From Eledone cirrhosa (taxonomy: Eukaryota): a stretch of DNA of 64,000 bases. Made by a program: the position numbers and the translations under genes. This document shows, in pieces, positions 13,080-25,623 of this stretch (position 1 is its first letter; every line of letters starts with the position of its first letter). Under the pieces are notes generated by a model. The model was given only the letters and a program-made list of their open reading frames with translations. It had not been told where the DNA came from and ran no database searches. The stretch lies in contig OZ024745.1 in the NCBI GenBank assembly GCA_964016885.1, positions 75,950,001-76,014,000 on the forward strand. The letters are read 5' to 3'.

Positions 13080-14212
13080 ACTGGTAATCCAGGGGCGGTG
13101 GAACTGGAGGGGGAGAGCATGCTTCCTCCCAATAACTATATATATTTCTCCCCGAACTACCAAAAACACATATCCCCCCTCTCCGCCGAGGCCGGGTGTC
13201 GCCTTCTGAGTGCAATTGTGGCACTCACCAATAGGCTTATCCATGGCGCCCTGGATCCTCACGCCCGAGATCTCTTTTTTTCGGCTAGCCTGACCGGTCT
13301 CAGGAAGAAAGAGGATGGCATACGCCCCATCGCTGTGGGCAACCTTCCGGAGGCTGGCTGCTAAGGTGGTCTGCAGGTCCATAACACCTGAACTGGGTGA
13401 GGAGTTCAGTCCGGTGCAACTGGGTGTCGGTGTGTCCGGTGGCTGTGAGGGGGCCGCACATGCAACCAGGCAGTTCTTCAATAGCTGCCACCGGAACCGG
13501 CATCCAGACACCTCATTGTCAAGCTTGACATGAGGAATGCCTTTAACTGCATACGTCGGGACCATTTGCTCAATGCCTGCCTCAGCCGAGCCCCCTCCGC
13601 CTACCCGCTGGACTACTTGTCATATGGAGTCCCGAGCATGTTCTTTTCTGCTGACACGGCCATACGTTCGGCCACTGGGGTCCAACAGGGTGACCCTTTG
13701 GGCCCCCTCCTGTTTGCCTTTGGTATAGACCACATTGCCCGGAGTATCACGGCCCCTCTCAACGTTTGTTACCTGGATGATGCTACGCTGGTCGGGCCCG
13801 TGGAGACTGTTTGCCATGATCTTCAATCGGTGGTTCCTGCCCTGGCGAGAATCGGCCTCCAGGTCAACTCGTCCAAGTCGGCGGTGGTGAATGTCAGCTA
13901 TGATGCTGAGAGCTTTGCAGCCTCCGTTTTGGACGTGCGGTCCATTCTCCACCAGGTACAGGTGACCCCCAAAGAGGATGTCCTCATCCTCGGGTCAACG
14001 ATCCACTTACCGGCCATCCGCTCCACCATTAGGTCTAGGCTCCAACAACTCTAGACCCTCACGAGCCCACTGGGCTTCATCGACGGCCACCCAGCTCTCT
14101 TCCCGTTGAGGAACTGGTTCACCATGCCGAAGCTCCTCTACACCCTTTGCAGCGCTCCGTGCTACAGCCACGCATCTCTCCTCACTGACCTCGATACTTG
14201 TATCCGAGCGGC
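13080..14212 (+). mobile_element. CRE-clade non-LTR retrotransposon RT fragment (frameshifted, GC-rich)
   Basis: KKEDGIRPIAVG, RRLAAK, QLGVGVSGGCE, NAFN, GVQQGDPLGPLLF and YLDDATL motifs. Confidence 0.9.
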
Positions 14213-14385
14213 AGCAGCAGAAAAGCCACTAGTTAATTGTGTTCGATTACATACACACGCATGAAACACTAAAATAAATAAATACTTTATTATTTTTTTT
14301 TGAAAAGTTTTGTATTGTATAGGTTCCGTGAAGAATTCAAAATATTTAGAGGGTTCCTCGGTTTTAGAAAGGTTGGCGACCACTG
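14211..14385 (+). mobile_element. Duplicate right end of the hAT element at 4918-7887
   Basis: Near-identical to 7713-7887 including the TIR; followed by ACTTAGGT. Confidence 0.95.
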
Positions 14386-15679
14386 ACTTAGGTTACTGAA
14401 CTAAACTATGCATATCTATTTAAATACACAGCTATGATTATTCATGACTTATGCATTATTGGGAGTAGCGAGCAGGACCAAAGGGATTGGGCCTGCTCAG
14501 AGTATGCGCCTATCGAATGGAGGACAACTGGGAGGGGGATATTGACCCGTAGTCTTTTTGTGAGCTATCTACACGAATGACACTCAGAGGTCTTCCCGCC
14601 TTTTGGGAAATTTGTTTTGTTTTATTATTCAAATGCTTATTTTTTAGTTTTTGTTAACCTTTTTTTACACACTGAAACCTCTACTGTATCGTTCTGTGTC
14701 GTCTTTATTGTTTGCTTAATGACCACGCTGTGTGGATAATACCAGATGCCATGCTTTGCAGCAAGGAGTTAGGGCACTATGGTCTGAGTTCAAATTCCGC
14801 CGAGGTTAACTTTGCCTTTAATCCTTACAGGGTCAATAAAATAAAGCACCAGTAATACACTGGGATAATTGCTGGCCTTGTGCCAAAAGTAGAAACAATT
14901 ATTACGATTGGCAGTATTGATAGAGCGTCGGACACCATGCTTTGCAGCGTAGAGTTATGGCCCTTTACGTTCTGAATTCAACTCCCGCCGATGTTAGCTT
15001 TGCCTTTCATCCTTACGGGGTCGATGAAATAAAGCACCAGTAATCCACCGAAGGCAATTTAATTGACTTTCCCCTCCCCCCAAAATTGTTGGCTTTGTGC
15101 CTAAAGTGGAAACAATTATTATTGGTTGTCGGACTGAAAAGATGTGTTTTTGTGAGCTGCATGAGCTGGTTATTTTTCAAGTTTTTGCATTGAAATAATT
15201 GTTATATTTTTTGTGACAAAAAGGTTATAAGACACGACCCACTCAACAAACTGAAACACTTCCCTAACAACACCAACACCACAAATAAAATTTTAAAAAT
15301 ATATTTTTAATCTTGCTGGTGTATACTTTGGAGGAGACACATTTCTTTATGAAGTGAAGTTGTTGGGCTGTTATAGATTTTCTTATACAACTGAATATGT
15401 TGATTTTCAGCATCTTGATAGCCTGGCAGACGCTTAAATCGTTTTGTTTATGTATTTGCTTTGCAAGATTGTTGATGTGAAATTGTGTATGAAAGCAATA
15501 TTATATTTGAGGATGTTCATGTTGCCAGTTTTGTATTGCCAATAAAAAGGAACACATGCCCCATTTTCACTGTATCTTTATTACTAGCTATTCGTTAGTC
15601 CATCAAAGTTCTTTTGTCACAGATTCTGTGATCTTGTAGCAGTAATATATATCCTTTGTAATTAAATGTATTTTCCTTT

Positions 15680-15883
15680 GGCGGAAGAAATATGTTACGG
15701 AAGTAAATTGGCTGAAGTGTAAGCCAATCAAAACCTTCGGCGGAGCGATACAAGTTACTGGACTACTTAGACCGGATAACGGAAGTAAAAACAGAAAAAG
15801 AGTCTCCAGAAAAATCTGTTATCGTCAGCACGTCGATTCTTCGATACGCCATATCCTGTCGTATCTCACACATGGAAATACAG
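15680..15883 (+). promoter_or_regulatory. Putative AVEN promoter and non-coding first exon
   Basis: ETS-type ACGGAAGT at 15697 and 15779; CCAAT boxes at 15707 (reverse) and 15724; CpG-rich; donor CAG|GTAAAA at 15884; matching acceptor TTTCTCCAG ending at 18260. Confidence 0.6.
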
Positions 15884-16139
15884 GTAAAATGAGTTTCACA
15901 GTGTGAAGACAGAACAACCTAATTGTTATTATACCAATTCCATGCGGGTACCAAGAATAAATGAAGTACATACTTATAATGGAGTTTGCCGATTTAATGC
16001 CTTCTGATCTAACCTTACTAATAACTATAACGACTTACAATCTTCATTATAATCTCCCCAATGAATATTTGTTCTCTTTTGTGCCTCCTTTTCTTTCTGG
16101 TCTTAATCTGCTACTCCATCAAGATTAAAATGTTATTCC

Positions 16140-16600
16140 GTTCGGCGACGGAAGCAGTTACCCTCTAGTTTACCACAGCATCCAGGATGTAGGAGGGAGC
16201 AAAAGAGTCTGTGGCGTCTCAAATAAGTCATCTACCTCTTACTCGGGGACAAAGGGTAAGACATCTGGCCTCTTATCAACTTTGGACTATCAAGCTGGCT
16301 CCAGAATTGAGGGAATATTTACTTGAGCCACGGCCCGTTTAATAATTAAGTTTAGCTTGGTATGGTAAGTGTGACGACCTGCATTCAGGAGACAAATTAT
16401 TGTGACCTGTGGCATCGAGGAGCCTACCACAGTGATATTTCAGTCCGCCACAGACATCAGCTCCCACTCGGAGTGCAATGGCAAGTTCATCCAGACTGGG
16501 TAGGACAACAATGTTGGCTACGGGCAGGGCATCAACCCAGTCCACAAAGAATTTTGCACTATCATAAAGAAGGTGACAGCTTGAGAATTAATCAGATTGA
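16140..16600 (-). mobile_element. CRE-clade fragment (zinc knuckle and restriction-like endonuclease region)
   Basis: WVDALP..IALRVGADVC..HCG..DATGH, followed by DKRPD and DSFAPSY-like motifs. Confidence 0.75.
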
Positions 16601-17564
16601 GTTAAAGGTCTCTTTTTGAACACAGATTATCCCAAACTCTCTGCTTCAGGAACTGACAAACCTAGCTCCCTCCACTGTAGTAGAGCTTCATCCATCTCCC
16701 AATTGGAACTAGTCCATGTTGGAGAGAAGAGGATGTTACCTACCAAAGGGGAGTTAGCATGGATGGAGGAAAGAAAGCAGGGAAGAGACAGATATCAGCA
16801 TTTACACGGACCCCCCCCCCCCCCCTCCACACAATTGTTTGGGTAATGCAAACTGGCATGAGACTCTGCAGAGAGTCTGACATTGACCAAGCATTCAAGT
16901 TTATCAAAGATTAGGTCGTCAAAGTGTTGATAAGATGATGAGAATCTATAGGAGGGACTGACTCTGAGCATACGCAGTAAATTAGGACTCAACAGGTGTT
17001 TCCTAAGTATAAAAAAACCTTGCTTCAATATTTTTTAGTAGTTACTCGATGTTAGCCATCTTCGATAGAGAAATGTGCTTGAAAAATAGGTCATTAATCG
17101 GGGCTCCTAGAGAACACCATGTTGATGAGGGAGATACCACAGTAGAGGGGAAGGATTCTGTAAACAGGTCTACAGTCTGCTGATGTGAAACTGGTTGGTT
17201 GAGGAGCCAGAGCTCACATTTAGAGCTGTTGACATGGAGGCCCTATGACCAAGTTCCAATCTTTGCAGTTGTAAGGACCTTATCTTGAGGGCCAGTGTAA
17301 ACAATTTTTCGGAGGGAGCTGAAGATATTTCTCTTTCAATCGTTTGAGAGTCTGTATTACATCGGGCACGGGAGAACAGAGAAGGGAGGAGGCAAATGCC
17401 CCTTTTAATGTCAAATTTGTTGAATTTGGCATTGAAAGCTTTCTTTAAGTTTGGTGATCGTCCAATGTTAGGAACTGATCTGGTCATCACTCCGAGATAA
17501 ACAGCGGTTGGGGTGGACTCAAACAACTCAAGCAATCACATCTTAGGGGTTAACTAAACACTTT

Positions 17565-17875
17565 GAGGCAAGCCAACACGCTCGCAGCATTACCACGGCA
17601 CCCTAATGGGCATTACCGAATACCTCAGTAAGGTGAGCCACCAGTGATGACAAGAACTTCGCTGTCAGCGGCCCAACCCCACCAAACGTCTCGAAGGCCA
17701 CAGGCTTGAAAAAATAATTATTAGATAAATCCAGGTATTTCCGAATTTTATTCTGATCGGCAACGGAAGCAGTAGCCCCCACATTTACCGCGGAAGAAGC
17801 AAGAGTCACTGATTGTGACGTCCCAGATGAGACACCTACCTCTCGATGTCACTCTCTGGTGTCTCGCGATATGCA
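17565..17875 (-). mobile_element. CRE-clade fragment (endonuclease C-terminus)
   Basis: GRCLIWDVT..D, KIRKY, FKPVAFETFGG, GNAASVLACL. Confidence 0.8.
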
Positions 17876-18289
17876 GCCTTTGTGTGTCCATCCCATGCCT
17901 CCAAGGCCCATCACTAGTTTTTGCGTTAGATGGAAACGGCAATATATTTTTCGAACATGCTCTTTACCTAAGGCCCGAACGCGTCCCTAATTACCCCGCG
18001 CGAAGGATGATGCGGTATGATTGCTTTTAGTGCATCTGACCATACTACAGTTTTGGGGGTCTTCTTCGTGTCAGTCACCAATTTGATAATTTTCTCAGTC
18101 CCACTTTTGCAAGATATAGTTCGATGATTCACGATTTGTATTTTCGAAGAAACAAAATTCGAAGTTTCCTATTAGTTGTTACAGATCTATGTTGTATAAG
18201 TTCATTTCTGGAAGGGGAATAACTCTATCGTGTCGTGAGTAGTGTTTTCTATTTCTCCAGACATAAGAGTCTGATGTCTACGCCGAGAT

Positions 18290-18448
18290 ATGAGGCCGGA
18301 TCAGCATAAACAGAAGAAAAATCTACAGTATAAAAAGAAACATGGAATTCCTACTCAAGGCAAAGAGAACAAAGAAAACAAAGTGCAAGAACGTGAAGCA
18401 AAGAAAACGGAATCGCACTTGAACCAGCAGAAAGAAGATTTAACAAAT
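18290..18448 (+). CDS. AVEN: Cell death regulator Aven, coding exon 1
   Basis: MRPDQHKQKKNLQYKKKHG N-terminus; donor GT at 18449 (weak) joins exon 2 in phase 0. Confidence 0.8.
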
Positions 18449-18863
18449 GTAAACAAATTACAAAATGTCTTGTATTATTTAACTTTTAAAAGTGTATTAT
18501 ATTTGCCGTAGAGGTAAAATCCTGGCAATCCAGTTGTAACATCGGTCTTCATTTATGTTGTTAATATAAGCTCAGTTAATTAACAGAATCGTTAGAGCAC
18601 CGGACAAAATGTCTTGCAGTATAAATACGGGCCTTTATACACTGAAATGAAATCTCACTTGTTTTTCACCCACCCTGTCACAAATTAAAGTGCGTGTCTC
18701 GTACTGGGATTGATTTAATCGGCTATATCCTCCTTCAAATTTGATGTCCTGTGTCTATCGATATTTTGCGATAATTAAAGCAGTATTATCTGATGTCTCC
18801 TTTTCAAAAATGTGACCTACGAAATGATATTTTCTGAAAGTTGTGACGTTTCATGTCATAGAG

Positions 18864-19359
18864 CAGGGTTTCCCAAACTTTTTCAAACGTGGAATCCTTT
18901 TTCAGAAAGATATATTCTTTTAATGTTACAATATTAAAGAAAATGTAAAGGAAGGGGTGAACAACGGAGCCAACACCAGAGCAAAAGACAGCAACGTCGC
19001 GAGTACTGGGCAACCTCTCATGATTTTTGAGGCAAGCCAGCACACTCGCAGCGCTGCCTCGGGTGATGGCGAGGCTGATGCGCTGAAACAGCCAAGCGCC
19101 CTCGCGAAATCCGCCAGTTACCTCTATTAGGCGAGCTGCCATTGAAGAGAGGAACCTCGCAGTCAGCGGCCCGACTCCCCCAAACGTCTTGAAAACCACA
19201 GGCTGAAAAATGTAGCTGGCCGACAGATCAGAGTATTTGAGGGCCTTACTCCGCTCGGCTGCGAATCCTTTTTGGTTCAGAAACTTTTGGGAGAACCTCT
19301 TCTACTTTTTTCACGGAACCCCAGATACTTTTTTGCGGAACCCACTTTGGGAACCGCTG
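18864..19359. mobile_element. hAT-type MITE containing a CRE 3' fragment (about 18910-19262, minus strand)
   Basis: TIRs CAGGGTTTCCCAAA / TTTGGGAACCGCTG; TSD TCATAGAG / TCGTAGAG; inner peptide FKTFGGVGP..WLFQRISLAITRGSAASVL. Confidence 0.85.
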
Positions 19360-19562
19360 TCGTAGAGAATTGCGGAACCCACTTTGGGAACCACTGTCGT
19401 AGAGAATTCTTTTTATATTACGATATTGTTGTATAAGCAGTTTACTTTTCATTTTTTAAAAACGTTTAAGTAGATATATTTTAAATAATTTAAACCATTT
19501 GCATGTAAGTCTGTCAGACACTTAAAGTCTAATATAAGAATGTTTATGTTTTCTTATTCTAG

Positions 19563-19725
19563 GTGAATGATTCTGAACAACTTGAGACTGTACCGAAGCC
19601 TTTCTTTCGACGAAGAAAACTTGCCAGTAACTGGGATCGTTATGCTCCTCTACCACCAGAAGATGATGATGATGTCAAGCCTAAACAAATAGGTGTTGAC
19701 TTTGTAAGCTTGCTCACTCAAACAG
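19563..19725 (+). CDS. AVEN: Aven coding exon 2
   Basis: RRKLASNWDRY and GVDFVSLL are conserved Aven motifs; AG/GT boundaries. Confidence 0.92.
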
Positions 19726-20691
19726 GTACTGATAATAATAATAATGATTTCTGATTTAGGCACAAGGCCAGCAATTTTAGGGGGAGGTGAAATCGACCCC
19801 AATGTGTTACTGGTACTTTATTTTATTGACCGCGTAAGGATGAAAGGCAAAGCTAACCTCGGCGGGATTTGAACCCAGAGCGTAAAAGGAGGCAACTCTA
19901 TGCTGCAAAGCATGTCCGATGCTCTACCAATATAATAATAATAATTATTATTATTATAATATTAATAGGGGCATTGGAAGAATGGTCCTTTATGTTTTTA
20001 TTTGAAATCCCGCCAAGGTTAGCTTTGCTTTTCATCCTTACGGGGTCGATAAAATAAACCAATGTCTGTATTGAATTTGTGGAAAATATGTTCTTTTCTA
20101 AGAGAAAATTAAACGATGAAATTCTCACTTTTATATTTCATAACGATTATTTGACCTACCCCTATTGATTTTTATATCAAAATAAAGCAAAAAAAATCCT
20201 CTTCATATCTGTATCATTTTCAACACAAATCTAGAATTAGCACTGTCGTTCAGCAGTCAAAAACAAAAATGGGACAAACATAAATGGGTGGAAATACAAG
20301 GGTGATTCTGGCATGATATCTAAAAGTATATGAGAAGAAAGTTCACATCCTGAACTTTCAAATGGAAAAAATGTATTTGACATGGAAATGATTAAGCAAA
20401 AAGTGAATTTTTGCTTGGTCAAACAGTGCCTCCTTCTATGGGGCTATACTGTGATACCTAATTAATGAATGCTGTGTTCCAGCATAAATATTTATTATTT
20501 AATTAATAAAGTCACCAAATGTATGCATGTCGTGCAAACAAGACTGGCCATTACAGCTATATTTTACATTTGGCATTTTTATCTACAACTAGCTGGCGAC
20601 CGGCTACCATTGGCATGTTCTACAGCATCCATATATATATATAGCTGACATACCTAGCTTCACTTGGATAAACAGACGATAAGGCGTCTGT

Positions 20692-21205
20692 GTAGTATAG
20701 TATTACTGTTGAAAATATATAGTATAGTATTACTGTTGAAAATATATAGTACAGTATTACTGTTGAAAATATATAGTACAGTACAGTATTACTGTTGAAA
20801 ATATATAGTACGGTATTACTGTTGAAAATATATAGTATAGTATAGTATTACTGTTGAAAATATATAGTATAGTATTACTGTTGAAGATATATAGTATAGT
20901 ACTGTTGAAAATATATAGTATAGTATAGTATTACTGTTGAAAATATATAGTATAGTATAGTATTACTGTTGAAAATATATAGTATTACTGTTGAAGATAT
21001 ATAGTACAGTACAGCATTACTGTTGAAAATATATAGTATAGTATTACTGTTGAAAATATATAGTATAGTATTACTGTTGAAAATATATAGTATAATATTA
21101 CTGTTGAAAATATATAGTACAGTATTACTGTTGAAAATATATAGTATAGTACAGTATTACTGTTGAAAATATATAGTACAGTATTACTGTTAAAAATATA
21201 TAGTA
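20692..21205. repeat. Minisatellite, about 27-bp unit TATAGTATTACTGTTGAAAATATATAG; resumes at 22221-22266
   Basis: Direct tandem units with 5-bp (TATAG/TACAG) length variants. Confidence 0.95.
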
Positions 21206-22220
21206 CTAGCAGTGTATCCTGGTGTTGCATCTGTAAGAACATTGGTAATAGCACCTCCAATGAGAAACGTTTATTTGTGAGTGCCTGTTAAGAACTCACG
21301 AAAATATACCGACAGGAAACTTGTTTTATTTGGAGATAATTAGGAAGTTGAAAGTACAGTTTAGCTGTCTACGTGCATTGTTCATAGAAATATTGTTGAG
21401 CCCTTTCTTTTCATACTCCTCTGTTTTGGAGTAAATGTGAAAGAGAAAGTCACAGGTTAAGTTGGCAGAAGGTTCCAGTGCAATAGCAGTAAGGCGTATG
21501 CTACTTACCTCAAAAGTTCATTTGCACTCTTTTCACTAAGTTACTCTTTCTCTCTGTTCCTGTCGGTGCAGTCCCTTGCGAATTTCTCGCATAGGCCTGG
21601 TGTAGATTTGCACCCGATCCATCTACCCGATGCACATGTCCGCTTTGTACGGCTTTTGGAGAAAGGAGTGACCAGCAGTACGTTCGGTATTATTACGAAA
21701 AAGTGTAGCAGAGAATCCCGCGTGAACTAACAGTTCGCGAGGAAACTGCTTATTAAAATAACAGATTAAAGTTTAAGCAAAGAATCACTGCTTTCACCCT
21801 TTAACGCGATCTTCTGAAACTAAAAAATCAATCTGTGAATGCAGAAGTAAATATTTCGAAAAAACGTTGCAACCGAAGGAAAACAGGAAGATGATACTTT
21901 GGTTCGTGAAGACGTTCCCTGGCAATGAACGGAAAATAGCGAACATAATACGTCATCAATGTTTGTCATAATGTCGTAATGCAGACAGCCAGACATACAG
22001 ACAGATATTATAAGGGCGCGATGGAGATCGATAACCAGCGCCTAACACCCCTTTAACAACAGAAAATTGAAAAATAAAAGCTGCAGTTAATATCTTTAAA
22101 CCGCAAGGAATATATAAATTCAAGTTTGAAGTCAATTGGAGTAGAAATGTGGATTTGTATAGACTTTGCAAAAATGAGGAGATACACACAGACAACTACA
22201 GTTTTATACATATGTATAGA
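21206..22220 (-). mobile_element. Non-autonomous Helitron (inner), inserted in the minisatellite
   Basis: 5' TCTATAC at 22220 and 3' ..CTGCTAG at 21206; A|T insertion with no TSD. Removing it restores TAGTA|TAGTATTACT. Shares blocks with 49057-49322. Confidence 0.85.
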
Positions 22221-22578
22221 TAGTATTACTGTTGAAAATATATAGTATAGTATTACAGTTGAAAATATGTACACGAATATATAATTATATATATAATTAA
22301 TTAAAAGTTTGTTAGAAGCGAAGTCAATGCAGACAGGCAGACAGATATAAGCGCGCGACGTTATAGCTATGTATCTATCTAAAAAGACAGAGTAAGAAAG
22401 AAAGAGGAATGTCATATTATATATAATAAAGTACCTGGGATAATTGCTGGCCTTGTGCCAAAAGTAGAAACAATTATACTTCTTTTTTATGCAACTGTAA
22501 ATAACATGTTTATGTATGTATATATACGTATAAAAGAATGTTGTAATAAAATGTACAAATTAAACTGTCTCTTATTTA

Positions 22579-22715
<137 letters not shown>

Positions 22716-23245
22716 GCGAAATCAATGTACAGAATGGTTTTCATAATGCAGACAGCCAGACATACAGAGACATATTTTAAGGGCGCGATGTTATAGCTAT
22801 GTATCTATCTAAAAAGACAGACTAAGAAAGAGAGGAATCGCTAACTGGAAGTGTTGACATTTGAAAATTTTAAAGAAGTGAATATTTAAATAAACAATAA
22901 AATATCTTTAATCTTTTAATGAAATTTAGTAGACAAAAATACCCTCACTTTCTTACGTGGAAAAAGTTACATCTATGGTGCAAATTTGGCGAAAAGTTTG
23001 TTACATACATACGGCCGTCAGCTTTATTAATATAGATTACAAGCCCTGAGTTACTGTATTGTCTGTTTTCATTCAATCTGACAAAAAAGAAAAGAGACTA
23101 ATAAATGAAGTATATAGTTGCATTGTCAAAATGATGTTACCATATGTATTATTGTCGCGGATGAATGTTTCTATTCTACTTAGATTTAGTTTTATTTGTA
23201 GATATGCTAAAAGTAATAAAAAAAAATATATATCTTTCATTTTAG

Positions 23246-23406
23246 CTGATTCCCTATCACAATTTCGATTCAAAGATGAAAAAGAATGGGAGGACGAAAA
23301 AACATTTAATTCAAGTTTTGTTGCCTTAAATTGTGAAAAGCTTGCAAAAAGCCTTCAGTGCATACCACTACATGAGCGGCTTGCTCTTCCTGCTTCATTA
23401 TTTAGT
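23246..23406 (+). CDS. AVEN: Aven coding exon 3
   Basis: DSLSQFRFKDEKEW..LAKSLQCIPLHERL; TTTTAG acceptor, GTGAGT donor. Confidence 0.93.
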
Positions 23407-23839
23407 GTGAGTAATTCTTTCTACACCTTAAATGTTTGTACACCATTTATGAATTTAATTTCTCGTATTATATCTTTTACTTATAGATATGTATGCTATG
23501 ACTATTTTCCCATGACAACCAATGTAATTATACTGCTTTAGTATGATATTTATTTTGTAAGAATTGAAACAATCATTAATATTATTTCTATTGAGTTATT
23601 GGAAATATTGAAATGTGTTGTGAAGCCTATGTTAGAAATCATTATTATCATTATCAGTAGAGGGTCGGACGCCATGCTTTCCAGCATAGTTACGTCCCTT
23701 TACGATCTGAGTTCAAATCCCGCCGAGGTTGACTTTGCCTTTCATCCTTACGGGGTCGATAAAATAAAGTACCAGTAATGCACTGGGTAATTGCTGGCCT
23801 TGTGTCTAAAGTAGAAACAATTATTATCATGATCATTCA

Positions 23840-24560
23840 AACACTGTTCTCGGTAGAGCTATTCTAGAGAACAGGTGGCGGATAGCGTTACGGCCACCAG
23901 ATATGATGGCTAGTTGTGATATAAGTGGGCAATTGCTGGACAAATAAGCAACCTCGGACCAACAGCGGTAAACTATAGAGAAGATGGAGCAATGGAGGAC
24001 ACCTGTAGCTCCCAAGAAAACTCTCACAACCCAGTGATGTAGCTACGACGAGTCAAGTAAAGGCTGCCTCTGAAAAAAACATTGTTTTTGTGGGTTTGAC
24101 AAAGTATTAGATTGGTGACTGGTACAATTAAGACAACTGAAACTGCAATATGATAAAACAAAAAATGAACCATACCATATTGTCTTTGGCACAGGTTAAC
24201 AAGGGATGCATTCAGGCCTTAGGTACAGGGGCCTGTTCGTAAAATATATTGCAGTCACATGCTGCAAAAACTAGTGGTAGACCTGCGACCTTTCCATGGG
24301 ATGGATGTACAAAGTTTGCATATCCTGAGACCCCAAAGAGAGTCTGGAAGAGAGCAAACGTTAACAGTTGGAATCTGGAACATCACAACTTTTACAGGGA
24401 AGGAGCATGAACTAGTGGAGGAAGCTAGATGCTACCGGTTAGATATAGTCGGGGTTTCCTCAACAAAGTTCTGTGGCTCTGATTCTGTAGATTTGAATGA
24501 ATGATGGAAATTTCACTATTTAGGTGTGGCGCCAGAAATGACTGTACATGCCGTGCTTAT
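23840..24560 (+). mobile_element. RTE (Expander/Rex3-like) 5' fragment with AP-endonuclease start
   Basis: VGIWNITTFTGKEHELVEEARCYRLDIVGVSST. Confidence 0.75.
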
Positions 24561-24915
24561 AACCCTTTACATGACCTCTAGAACTGGTGGGAGGATGGGA
24601 GAAATTTAGTCTTTGACTTGATTGCTTGGAACTGTGGGGACTTTGCAGAAGGTATTAAAAAGCAAATTTAAAGAACAATTTGTTAGTATCATTGTAAATA
24701 CTTAACAAATTGCTTCTTAAATTTGTAGTAACTTGTAAATAGGAAAACGTTTTTGATGGTACTCCTATAGCTTATGGGATTCACTCTCTCTAATTAGCAG
24801 GCTTAAAGCCATTGTAAACTTCACTGATATCAAGCAGTTTTAAGGATGATTCCCCTAAAAAAGTTTTTATTTATTATGAAGAATTTGTATTTATTGGTTA
24901 TTTCATTTATTTCAG

Positions 24916-25255
24916 CGTGATCAAATTGAAGTTTTCTGTGCTGTTGCAACTGCAGAAAAAGCCAAATATGTGCCAGATTCTGGTAGCACCATACTTCAGG
25001 AGTCACAGCCAATGTTTAGTCATAAAACAATCGAAACTATATTATCAACTGAGTTTCAAGTGCCTGAAACTGAAGAGAAATGGGTTATTAATCAAAGACA
25101 GTGTTCAGAAATCTCTGCTAAAACAAATCTAAATGAGAATAAGGATAAATCTGTAACGTCTGCTGAAAAAGACTGTAAAGCTTCTCAAAATAGAACTGTA
25201 ACACAGTGTGAAACTGAAGTTGATGCACTTTTATCAATGGGTAGTTCAAAAACAG
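24916..25255 (+). CDS. AVEN: Aven coding exon 4
   Basis: TTTCAG acceptor, open frame, CAG|GTATT donor; phases consistent with neighbours. Confidence 0.85.
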
Positions 25256-25623
25256 GTATTTTATCATCTTTGTTTGCTGCTTTAGTTGCATTTATTATTT
25301 CTATGCTAGCATGATTTGAGTTTTTCTTAATTTTTTTTTACATCTCATTGTATTTTCTACTGTCACTTATTCATTTGTTTTAGCATAGAAGGGACACCTG
25401 TTTTAGCTATCAGGCAAACTTTTGTAAACGGTTATTTAAGTTATTTAGAAACATCACAAAATATTGGTTGCAGTAGTTAAGTTTCAACTCGTGACCATGT
25501 AGTTTGAATTCTGGCATCTTGACCTCACAACTATCATGCCTTGTAGAAAAGAATTGTGAGAAATGCTGGATATTATAGGCATCAGTCATATATGTCATAG
25601 AAAATGACTGTGTTGCTATGGAC

